Part shown: positions 49,388 to 58,246 of the stretch, in pieces
How the letters are laid out: each line of letters starts with the position of its first letter
Numbering within the stretch: the stretch's first letter is position 1
Source: a virus
Virus record (IMG/VR): IMGVR_UViG_3300033148_003591
Location: 37,996-101,995 of that record
Reading direction: 5' to 3' (one strand)
DNA length: 64,000 nt
Position numbers and translations under genes: made by a program
The notes under the pieces: model-generated
The model's database searches: none
Told to the model about the DNA's origin: nothing
The model's input: the letters and a program-made list of their open reading frames with translations, nothing else

Positions 49388-50010
49388 ATTTACTCCTCCT
49401 TAATTATGCTTAATAATAAATCTCCGGCATCGTACAATCCAAATTTATTAGCTATTAATTTTAAAAAATATAATTGGTCATTTAAAGAATATTGCCTTTG
49501 TTGTAATTGTTTTAGATTATTAAAATTTTTCATAAATTCTACATCATCTGCAATTTTCATTCTTGCTCCTTAATTATATTATTTAAAAATTTATCAAAAA
49601 TAATTTTATCAACTAAATCTTTTAGTGCTTCTAATTCACTAATTTCAAATTTATAAAGTCGTTTATATAACATTTTCTCATCTGGTGTCATTATTTTTCC
49701 TCTTCTAAAGAAGTTTTTATTACACCATCATAATCATCCCATGCATTATCAGCAACTCTACAAGCATTATCGTGATGTACAATATGTTCTTTTATTTTCC
49801 TACTGCCATCTTTGAAATAAATAGTTACTCGATACATTATATCTCCTCTATTTCTTGAATATGATATTCACTTCTATTAGCTATTTGTTTAGCTTTTTCT
49901 ATCGCCAAATGGTCAGTGGTAGCTTTTACTTTAATTATAATTGGAGAAGAACATAATATAAAACCATTTGAACCAAAACTATATCCCTTTATTGTATATT
50001 TATACATTAT

Positions 50011-50475
50011 TTACCTCCAGATAATTTCATCAATACCTTCTTTAATTGTGGGTTTTTCATATTGTTTTTTAAATTTATTATAAACCATTGTCCATACATT
50101 ACTACCTTGCCCATGAGTAACTTTCAACTTTCTTCTTAATGTTTCCTTTAAAGATATTTTTGGTAAAACTATTACCGTGATTTTATAATTATAAAATTTC
50201 GCCAAAGCAATATATTTCCTCCTACTTAATTTATTGATTCCTACTTCATCAACTATTATCGGCATAACGCTACACATATATGCTTCTAAAATAGCAATTT
50301 CAGATTCATGTATCAAAGGCTCATTTTCTTCTTCAAATCTATAATTTCCTCCGCCAATCATATATCTTAATGCATCTCTTGAAATAACATAATATCCTTT
50401 TTTAACATATTCTTTTGCTAATGTAGATTTACCTGTTCCAATATTACCAGTTAATATAATTAAATGATTATTCAT
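50011..50475 (-). CDS. P-loop polynucleotide kinase-like protein (AAA_33)
   Basis: 'GNIGTGKST', 'ISRDALR', 'IIVD', 'PTIKEG'. Confidence 0.8.
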   Translation of the reverse strand: MNNHLIILTGNIGTGKSTLAKEYVKKGYYVISRDALRYMIGGGNYRFEEENEPLIHESEIAILEAYMCSVMPIIVDEVGINKLSRRKYIALAKFYNYKITVIVLPKISLKETLRRKLKVTHGQGSNVWTMVYNKFKKQYEKPTIKEGIDEIIWR

Positions 50476-50478
50476 ATT

Positions 50479-51303
50479 TTATTTACCTTTCATTTTAGTA
50501 GCATATTCATCTTCAATTTCTTTCATTGAAATCTTTAAATAGTTATTCCAAATTGTTTCTGGTGTTATGCCTATTATTTTTGCTATCTTTTCAACTTCCC
50601 ATTTACAATCATGATAAAGATAATTTATAGCACTACCTCTAAATATATGCGGATGCAAATGAATATCTGAAACCATTCCATCTAATCTATTGAGCAGATT
50701 TTTTAGTGTGGTTTGTTTCAAATTAAAAGCATTATCTATTTCTTCTGTTGTATCGAAATAATTAACTATATATTTTATTGCTGTCTTTGGAAAAAATATC
50801 TTTTTATTAAATTTATTTTTCTTAACATATACTGTTGTATATCCGTAATCTTCTTTAAACACAAAATTACTCCTATGCAAATTCATGTAGTCCTGTAATC
50901 TTAAACCAGTATAGAACATAAAAATTAAAATAGCCTTTGTTTGATATGTATCATGAAAATCACCAATATCTACACTTCCAAATATATCATTGATTAAATA
51001 ATCATACGTTACTACTTGTTTAGTATCATTTTTAATTTTCTTTATTTCTTTTGGAATTTTAATATCTAATTTTCTAAAACCAACATAATGCCGGAGCGAG
51101 TTTAATATTACATTAATGTAACTAGGACAATGATTTTCTTTTAGCATAAGATAATAATTATCCACTCGTTCTTGTGATATACATTCATGGTGTTTAAAAA
51201 AGGTTTCTACATTATTCACATATGTTGATACACTACCTTTACTTAATGAAAAATCTGGATTGCACGTTAAATAATACTGAAAATCTTTTTTGTCTTCAAA
51301 CAT
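50479..51303 (-). CDS. Tyrosine recombinase (XerC/D-like integrase)
   Basis: 'TGLR', 'KK', 'HPHIFR', C-terminal 'T...Y'. Confidence 0.85.
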   Translation of the reverse strand: MFEDKKDFQYYLTCNPDFSLSKGSVSTYVNNVETFFKHHECISQERVDNYYLMLKENHCPSYINVILNSLRHYVGFRKLDIKIPKEIKKIKNDTKQVVTYDYLINDIFGSVDIGDFHDTYQTKAILIFMFYTGLRLQDYMNLHRSNFVFKEDYGYTTVYVKKNKFNKKIFFPKTAIKYIVNYFDTTEEIDNAFNLKQTTLKNLLNRLDGMVSDIHLHPHIFRGSAINYLYHDCKWEVEKIAKIIGITPETIWNNYLKISMKEIEDEYATKMKGK

Positions 51304-51324
51304 TTTATTTCCTCTATAAATTTA

Positions 51325-51400
51325 TGGGGTGTCCGAGGGAATTTGAATCCCTAATCTTTAGAGCCACAATCTAATGCTTTACCAATTAAGCTACGGACAC
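51325..51400 (-). tRNA. tRNA-His (GUG) with encoded CCA
   Basis: Acceptor GTGTCCG/CGGACAC, anticodon arm TTAGA-TTGTGGC-TCTAA, T-arm AGGGA-TTCAAAT-TCCCT, C73, CCA. Confidence 0.93.
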
Positions 51401-51452
51401 AGATTAAATGTAAACCAATTTGGAATACATTCTTATTTTTCTCCTTACTTAA

Positions 51453-51480
51453 AGTATATCACAAAATCACGTTTTGTCAA
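51453..51480 (-). promoter_or_regulatory. Sigma70-type promoter TTGACA-16 bp-TATACT upstream of tRNA-His and the recombinase
   Basis: Reverse complement: CC TTGACA AAACGTGATTTTGTGA TATACT TTAAGTAAGGAG. Confidence 0.8.
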
Positions 51481-51913
51481 GGAATTTCTCTAAATATTTC
51501 CATTTTTCTTCATCCGGTAAAATAACTATTTGTTGAAGATGATATTCCCAATTACCAGTATTAATTGTTGGATTTAATTCGTACATACAAAAACTACTAA
51601 CCATTGTCTGTCCAAATTTTTTAAGTTCTTCCATTTGCATTTCTGAAATATCATCCTTTAATTCATTTAAATTATTTCTTATTTTATTTGAGTCACACCA
51701 AATAGAACCATCTGTTATTTTCTGTTTTCCATCACCCCAAATAGCTTTAGCAAATTCATGTGTTGAAACACAAGCGAACCAAATTCCATCTTCTATTATT
51801 TTATTTATAGACCACATCTTCTCTGAAAAACACATATCATTCCAACCTTTTTGTGAGCATCCGTTTAAAATAGCTTTATCTATCATCTTTATTAATATCT
51901 CTGCTTTATTCAT
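51467..51913 (-). CDS. Hypothetical phage protein, paralog of 19494-19769
   Basis: 'HEFAKAIWG', 'WEYHLQQIV...KYLEKFL'. Confidence 0.6.
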   Translation of the reverse strand: MNKAEILIKMIDKAILNGCSQKGWNDMCFSEKMWSINKIIEDGIWFACVSTHEFAKAIWGDGKQKITDGSIWCDSNKIRNNLNELKDDISEMQMEELKKFGQTMVSSFCMYELNPTINTGNWEYHLQQIVILPDEEKWKYLEKFLDKT

Positions 51914-53102
51914 TATCTTCTCCAATCTTTAAATGAGGAATTATAAATAGGCATAATGATGTACAAATACTTGCAATTATCACATTTGTATTATACCCAA
52001 AATTATCATAAATTATCCCACCAATTGCACTTCCTATTTTACTGGCTAAATTATTAGCTGAAGTAACTAACGCATAAAATAGAGCCTCACTTCCTGTTGG
52101 TAATATTTTCACCATAAAACTCATTACCGCTAAAAACGAAATCCCTTCAAATGCACCGAACAATAAACTATAATAAATAAGAAACCATTTATTAGGAATA
52201 TATAAATAAAATAAATTAGTTATCGCTCCAAAAATTATTGTAAAATATAACATCTTTTTCAATGGAAAATTATGTGCTTTCCAATAATACAATCCATACC
52301 CAACCAACCCAATCACAGTTCCAATAACTCCAACATAACCTAAAAATATTTTACCTATAAATAATTCTTCTCTGCATTTTATCATTAAAGCTGTACCAAA
52401 TCCAGGGCTAAATCTCAGTAAAACCAAAAATGCCAAACCAAGTAAAAAATCCTTGTTCTTCAAATACTTAAACACACTCCACGTAAATTTTTTAACCTCT
52501 TTAATTGGTTGTTCAAAATACTTTGTTTTAAGGTAAATTAAAGCACTTATTGGTATTATTAAGCAGATAGCATAGGCTACCTTATAATTTAGCGGTGTGG
52601 GCAGTGTAGAGGCTAAATATGCACCTAATAGTGATACTACAAGACTGCAAATAGCTAGTGCACTCCACTGCACGGACTGGATTTTGCCCTTTAAATTATG
52701 CTTCCGTTCAAGTATACACATCTGTTTATCATTGGCTACATCTGCCAAAGCAATGCCTATATTAATTAATAATCCGGTAATAATAAGACTGATTAAATTT
52801 AACCCAAAAATAACAATATAAATTATACAAGCTATAATTAGCCAATAAGCAATATACAAATAGTATTTAGATAAATACCCCTTTATGGGTCTATAATCAT
52901 TAAGGTAGCCCCATATAACTTTTGTATACCACGCTAAACCAGTTATTAATCCAATCACCCCTAATGTGGTCGCAGAAAGACCCCATGATTCTCTAAGAAG
53001 GTAATATAAGCATTGGTCTGGTAATCCAGATAATCCTTGATTAGAATAACATATCACAAAAAATAAAAATGTCCAAAATGGAATTTTGTATTCCTTTTTC
53101 AT
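51906..53102 (-). CDS. MFS transporter, BT1/folate-biopterin (FBT) family
   Basis: About 12 TM; 'W.TK..WG.L.D..PI.GY', 'ALADVAND', 'IQS..W', 'P.GSEA..YAL..S..N'. Confidence 0.8.
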   Translation of the reverse strand: MKKEYKIPFWTFLFFVICYSNQGLSGLPDQCLYYLLRESWGLSATTLGVIGLITGLAWYTKVIWGYLNDYRPIKGYLSKYYLYIAYWLIIACIIYIVIFGLNLISLIITGLLINIGIALADVANDKQMCILERKHNLKGKIQSVQWSALAICSLVVSLLGAYLASTLPTPLNYKVAYAICLIIPISALIYLKTKYFEQPIKEVKKFTWSVFKYLKNKDFLLGLAFLVLLRFSPGFGTALMIKCREELFIGKIFLGYVGVIGTVIGLVGYGLYYWKAHNFPLKKMLYFTIIFGAITNLFYLYIPNKWFLIYYSLLFGAFEGISFLAVMSFMVKILPTGSEALFYALVTSANNLASKIGSAIGGIIYDNFGYNTNVIIASICTSLCLFIIPHLKIGEDNE

Positions 53103-53103
53103 A

Positions 53104-53871
53104 TCATCTCCTACTCTTTCTTACCATTTGGCTAAATTCGTCAATTATAGTATTGGTATCATTCATAAAGCATTTAAAATCTAAATACTCATGATATACA
53201 GATTTACCTAAAGTTTTATCCAAAATATGATTTACCTGCATCATACATAAACTAAAATTGACTTTCTCGAATGGATGTCCTATAACAAATAAATGAATAT
53301 AATGACCTAATAAATTAATCAATGTACCCTGAAATGGTCTACAATACCACCACATATTACCATTTGCTCGGTCTTTAATAAGTGCTTTTATTTGTAACAT
53401 TAAATTACTCATTAAAATTAAATAATATTTAACATTCTCGTTAGCCGGTAGTTCTAATGATAAACCATTATGTGTATTTGATATCCGATGCCATGCAAAT
53501 CCATGTATTCCATTTATTGTTGGTCGAATAATATCTCCAAATTTTAATTTATATTTTTTCAATTCTTTATTATACCATTCTTTTTTTAAACATGGTCTCT
53601 GTAAATTAATATGAAACTCAGGCTCATCCCTTAATGCATTAATTACAGGTCTATTTAATACAGGTGTTTTTGTATAACCTTTATAACCTCGCTCAGTCAT
53701 AGCCCTATGTTGTGCTTTTAAAGAATCTCTAAACCATATATAATTAGCCGATTCACTAAGTGTATTATTAATATCTGTATTAAGATATTGTTCAAATAAT
53801 GCTCGTGCATCTAATATATTCATGACATAATTTTGATTAATTTTCTTTTGATAAAATTTAGTTATCTTCAT
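53104..53871 (-). CDS. Divergent Fic/Fido-domain protein
   Basis: 'YIHLFVIGHPFEKVNFSLCMMQVNHIL' resembles the Fic HPFxxGNGR helix-loop-helix. Confidence 0.55.
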   Translation of the reverse strand: MKITKFYQKKINQNYVMNILDARALFEQYLNTDINNTLSESANYIWFRDSLKAQHRAMTERGYKGYTKTPVLNRPVINALRDEPEFHINLQRPCLKKEWYNKELKKYKLKFGDIIRPTINGIHGFAWHRISNTHNGLSLELPANENVKYYLILMSNLMLQIKALIKDRANGNMWWYCRPFQGTLINLLGHYIHLFVIGHPFEKVNFSLCMMQVNHILDKTLGKSVYHEYLDFKCFMNDTNTIIDEFSQMVRKSRR

Positions 53872-55451
53872 TTTGCCTCATATCTTTTTATTTCATTTAA
53901 TAATATTTTATTAGTATCATCTATTATCTTTTTCTTAATATTTATTTTAATTTTATTAATTAATTCATGGCGAGCATTTCTGAAAAAATCAATTGGTTTA
54001 TTATCAAATCTAAAAATTAATTCACGAATTAAATTAATCTGTAATATATTATGTACAACATGTATATCATGCAATATATTATTACCATTATCATTTCTAC
54101 TCATTCTATTGGAGCGTGATTTTAATTTGGCTAAATACATTATTGACCCAACTTCATTTTCTAACGATTTAATTACATTTATAATAGATTGTATTTTTTT
54201 ATTTTTATATGAAACGTCATACAATAATGTCTCACTATTATATCCAATTATTAAATTTTCTTTTAAACATTTATTAAAAAATTGTGTTCCTTTTTGGATT
54301 TTAAGTTGATTTAATGGATAACTCATTGCATCATACAAATCTAAATCGTCTACAAAATTTATAGTTTCCATTACTTCTTCTGGTGTTACAAACGGGTCAA
54401 ACATAATTACACCTATAGAAATTTCTTTCCATATTTTTTTAATACGTTTAATAGCTTCATAATTTTCAATTGGTAATATACCTTTATTATATCGTTTTAA
54501 TTGTGTTTTAGAATTTGTTTCAATACCTAAAAATGGCAAATTAAATCCGGCTTTCTTCATAACATTTAAAACTGTTAAATTAAAATTGTTCTCATCATCA
54601 GACATATTTGATTTAAATACATCATCTGCTCTTAAAGAAAATGCAATATTTATATCATAAGTATTTTTGATAAGTTCATAGCATAATTTAATCATCCTGT
54701 TCTTGGCTATTTTTCCAATTGGTGTTGCTCCTCCTAATACACATGGGTCGGTAATTGATATATCTTTATATCCTAATTGTTTAGCATATTTTAATTCTTG
54801 TAAAAATATATCACTATTTAATAACTCGAATTTATGAAAACGATTTGGGTCTTTAAAACAATAACTACATGCACCCCATCCACATCCTCTTGATGTCCAT
54901 AATAAAATATCTCCTTTATAATCTATGGTTTTATTTAATGATTCCTTATTTACAGGAATAATATTAATCAAATTTGTTTTGACTGATTTATTCATTTGTA
55001 ATTTATTATCATAATAAACTATTCCACGTATTTCTGATATTTTAATTTGATTTTTAATATACTTTATGTAATCTATAATTGTATTTTCTCCTTCACCAAT
55101 AGCCATAATTAAATTATTGTATTTATTTAAAATATTTTCATAACTATTAGATATTAAATTTCCGCCAACAATAATTTTTCTATTTTTTAAATAATCTTTT
55201 AATAAGCGGTGATTTAAAAATTTAAACAATTCATTTTGCGATTCAAGTTGAGCCGAAATGCCTATAAAATCATAATTATTTTTGGATATATGTATTAATA
55301 AATCATCAAATTTTGTATACTGATTGTCAATCAAATCAATTCGGGCATCGGAATAAACAGAACGAATAGCACAGTCTATGCGATTCAATCCCAATGGATA
55401 ACTAAATTGTTGATGTCTTTTTGATGGAAAACTTATTAATAGAATTCTCAC
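53868..55451 (-). CDS. B12-binding radical SAM enzyme (class B methyltransferase-like)
   Basis: GTG start with SD; 'YPLGL', 'IGIS', 'IVGG', 'GEGE', 'SRGCGWGACSYC', 'GIET....LKRYNKG'. Confidence 0.85.
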   Translation of the reverse strand: MRILLISFPSKRHQQFSYPLGLNRIDCAIRSVYSDARIDLIDNQYTKFDDLLIHISKNNYDFIGISAQLESQNELFKFLNHRLLKDYLKNRKIIVGGNLISNSYENILNKYNNLIMAIGEGENTIIDYIKYIKNQIKISEIRGIVYYDNKLQMNKSVKTNLINIIPVNKESLNKTIDYKGDILLWTSRGCGWGACSYCFKDPNRFHKFELLNSDIFLQELKYAKQLGYKDISITDPCVLGGATPIGKIAKNRMIKLCYELIKNTYDINIAFSLRADDVFKSNMSDDENNFNLTVLNVMKKAGFNLPFLGIETNSKTQLKRYNKGILPIENYEAIKRIKKIWKEISIGVIMFDPFVTPEEVMETINFVDDLDLYDAMSYPLNQLKIQKGTQFFNKCLKENLIIGYNSETLLYDVSYKNKKIQSIINVIKSLENEVGSIMYLAKLKSRSNRMSRNDNGNNILHDIHVVHNILQINLIRELIFRFDNKPIDFFRNARHELINKIKINIKKKIIDDTNKILLNEIKRYEAK

Positions 55452-55462
55452 TATATCTCCTA

Positions 55463-56017
55463 TTATTTAATTAACCATAATATAAACCCCATACCCAATA
55501 TACCTTCTACTATTTTCCATGAATCTAAAATATAAGTCTTTGCTATTTTATTGAATACTCTTAATTGTAGATATTTTGCAAATGGGAATACTACAAATCC
55601 CAACAAAGCAATAGTTAAATATACAATAGGACATTTATTAGGGTGTAATATCATGTACGGAAATAAATAATAACTCATACTTACAAATCCTAAATAAACA
55701 TATCTTTCTTTAACAGGTGTAACATTCGGATAAGTTTTTAAATTCAATTTAACTCTGGCGATATAATTACCATTAATGTCTCCACAGGTTTCTCCGTATC
55801 CTAGTGCGCTTTCTAATGTTGTTAAAACAACTACCACAAACATAGGATTAATATTAAACACTGATTGTTCTGTAAACCATAAACAATATAACCCCACAAT
55901 CATAAACGCTGATAAGAACGCTCTAAAATATCCATGTACCAAGTTAGGTACACTATACCCCCTCCACATCCAAATTAATCCACATATAATTGAAAATAAT
56001 AATAATTTAATAATCAT
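55463..56017 (-). CDS. Multi-pass membrane protein
   Basis: 5-6 hydrophobic segments; SD AAGGAG. Confidence 0.6.
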   Translation of the reverse strand: MIIKLLLFSIICGLIWMWRGYSVPNLVHGYFRAFLSAFMIVGLYCLWFTEQSVFNINPMFVVVVLTTLESALGYGETCGDINGNYIARVKLNLKTYPNVTPVKERYVYLGFVSMSYYLFPYMILHPNKCPIVYLTIALLGFVVFPFAKYLQLRVFNKIAKTYILDSWKIVEGILGMGFILWLIK

Positions 56018-56119
56018 AAATTCTCCTTAATTAAAAATTTCCGGTATAAAAATTACTACAAACAATAAACCAAAACATATGATAAGCATTATTGTTTCTA
56101 CCATATATATTCCTCCATT

Positions 56120-56260
56120 TTAAATATCATCAATTTCTTTTTGTGATTGACGTTTATTTTTATTACGGTTATATTTCTTCTTACTTTTCTTAATTTTTTC
56201 CACTGGATTTATAGTCCAAGTCTTTCTTACTTTTTTATTAAAATCATAATTAGTGGTCAT
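56120..56260 (-). CDS. Small basic protein
   Basis: 'RKTWTINPVEKIKKSKKKYNR'. Confidence 0.5.
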   Translation of the reverse strand: MTTNYDFNKKVRKTWTINPVEKIKKSKKKYNRNKNKRQSQKEIDDI

Positions 56261-56694
56261 AATGCTCTTCCAATAATAATCAAATAAGTTCCTGTTAAAA
56301 TAAACGCCCAATAATCAATAGGAACACCTAAAAACCATTTCTTATGCCAACGAACCTTTTGTTTAAAAAATTTCTTTATATCATAATAAGGATTAACAAC
56401 AAACCATAAAAAATCTTCTACAATTAAATAATTTAAAAGTGCTCCTATACATATTAATTCCTTACCAAGTGTCCAAGCATTAAATAAGAAATATCCGTGA
56501 AATACTAAACAAAATATTAACACCATAAATGTGTGATATCCAGTAATGCATTTTCCATTAAAAACTTTTTTATAAGGAATAGATATACGCCAGGTAGGAA
56601 GATTCTTAGCCCATCCACCTGTCTCTCCTTCAATTTCTGATTCAAAAAGTGCATGAAGAATTGCTAATACAAATAAATATATGATATATTTCAT
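56257..56694 (-). CDS. Membrane protein of unknown function
   Basis: 'EIEG..GWAKNLPTWR', 'YH', 'EDFLWFVVNP' with 4 TM. Confidence 0.6.
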   Translation of the reverse strand: MKYIIYLFVLAILHALFESEIEGETGGWAKNLPTWRISIPYKKVFNGKCITGYHTFMVLIFCLVFHGYFLFNAWTLGKELICIGALLNYLIVEDFLWFVVNPYYDIKKFFKQKVRWHKKWFLGVPIDYWAFILTGTYLIIIGRAL

Positions 56695-56695
56695 A

Positions 56696-56914
56696 CTATC
56701 TATTCCTTTTAATTTTGTTTTTTCGTTCTTCTATATAATCAGATAAATTTAAACACAATTCAATACCTCCAATATAAATAAATAGACACCCAAAACTCAT
56801 ATTAAATATTAAAGGAAAGGGTATAGGTTCACTTGCCCCATATTTAATAAGTACACTACTTAATAATACTGCACCTACAATTAGACAGCATAAACTTTCT
56901 TTTACATTAAACAT
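56696..56914 (-). CDS. Small membrane protein
   Basis: Two hydrophobic helices. Confidence 0.5.
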   Translation of the reverse strand: MFNVKESLCCLIVGAVLLSSVLIKYGASEPIPFPLIFNMSFGCLFIYIGGIELCLNLSDYIEERKNKIKRNR

Positions 56915-56926
56915 AATTAAAACTCC

Positions 56927-57208
56927 TTATAATTCATCTATATTTTCAAGTAACCAATCATAAGTGTCACATTTTGCTTTATCAATTTGATTATCTGGAA
57001 AATCTCCACCATAATCTTCAAGTAATTCATCAAGTCTATCTTTAGTATCTCCATATGTCCAAAGGTTTTTAAGAAATCTTTCTAATATTCTAACTTCTGC
57101 ATCTATTATTTTCCAATTCTCATCACCAAAATTGGAATATTCAGGGAGTTTTTTCCGTTCCGCATATAACTCTTTAATTTTCTTTTTTACTTGTGTATTA
57201 GTTCTCAT
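56927..57208 (-). CDS. Hypothetical protein
   Basis: SD AGGAGG. Confidence 0.55.
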   Translation of the reverse strand: MRTNTQVKKKIKELYAERKKLPEYSNFGDENWKIIDAEVRILERFLKNLWTYGDTKDRLDELLEDYGGDFPDNQIDKAKCDTYDWLLENIDEL

Positions 57209-57228
57209 TGTCTCCTCCTATTTAATTA

Positions 57229-57876
57229 TCATAATTCAACACTAAAATAAAGAAGTCCTCTATCCTCTCCTTTATATCCTTTTCCTCCTCCTAATCCAAT
57301 TGAAGAATTTGGTAAATACTTCCAACTTGGCTTATAAGAAAATCCTAAATAACCACCCCTATTAGTTCCTATAACTTCACTCCTTATCTGCCATAATTTA
57401 GCGTATCTAATAGCTAATCCAGCTTCTAAACCAATATTATCTATACCAGAACCAACACCCTCAACAAAAAGTAAATGACTCATGAACCCATACGGCTTTA
57501 ATTTCTTACGTAATTCCTTAATATCCTCTACTTTAATAGGCTTTCCTAATACTCCTGTTCGCCAATCAGCATAATGTAAAAGACTGGAATTTTTAGGTTT
57601 TCTTAAAGCAGGGTCTTCATTTTTTGCTAATTCTTTCGGGTTTAAACGTAATGTAAACTCCTGTTCATAATTAAATAAATCTTTTCCAATTTCTACAGGC
57701 GTATTTTTAATACCTTTCCAATAAAATATACCAGCAACTAACGATAATATAATTACTATTGTTACCAATCCTTTCGGGTCTAATAAACCCATTCTTATCC
57801 ATGTTTGACACCAAGCACCTAAACCCCATTTGTTCCAAGATTTAGTAAATTCTTTTTTATCAAATTTAAGTATCAT
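57229..57876 (-). CDS. Membrane protein with Gly-rich amphipathic beta-strand C-terminus
   Basis: TM 'LVTIVIILSLVAGIFYW'; alternating beta-strands ending 'YFSVEL'. Confidence 0.5.
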   Translation of the reverse strand: MILKFDKKEFTKSWNKWGLGAWCQTWIRMGLLDPKGLVTIVIILSLVAGIFYWKGIKNTPVEIGKDLFNYEQEFTLRLNPKELAKNEDPALRKPKNSSLLHYADWRTGVLGKPIKVEDIKELRKKLKPYGFMSHLLFVEGVGSGIDNIGLEAGLAIRYAKLWQIRSEVIGTNRGGYLGFSYKPSWKYLPNSSIGLGGGKGYKGEDRGLLYFSVEL

Positions 57877-57887
57877 GATTTAATCTC

Positions 57888-58100
57888 CTAACTTATATCT
57901 TTATAATTATCTGAATTTTGTTTTTCCACTAATTCATTTATTTGTATTTCGAGTTTTCTGATTTCTTTATATCTATTACAATACGCTATCCATTCAGGCG
58001 AATGTGATTGTAAATGTTCTCTTTTTAATCTCTCCATATTATAAAAACCATTAATCCTTAATTCTTTTCTACAATGTTTACATATAGCTTTTTCTATCAT
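57888..58100 (-). CDS. Small Zn-finger-like protein
   Basis: CxxC...HxxxH. Confidence 0.5.
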   Translation of the reverse strand: MIEKAICKHCRKELRINGFYNMERLKREHLQSHSPEWIAYCNRYKEIRKLEIQINELVEKQNSDNYKDIS

Positions 58101-58246
58101 TTTATTCCTCCTATATTATTAAATTCTATCTTCTACTCGTAATCTTATAAATGCCTCACAATCCGCTAAACTACCCTGAAATAAACTTTCAGTGAAATCA
58201 CTATCATCATAAACTTCATATTCATCATCAAAATAAGGTCTAACTT

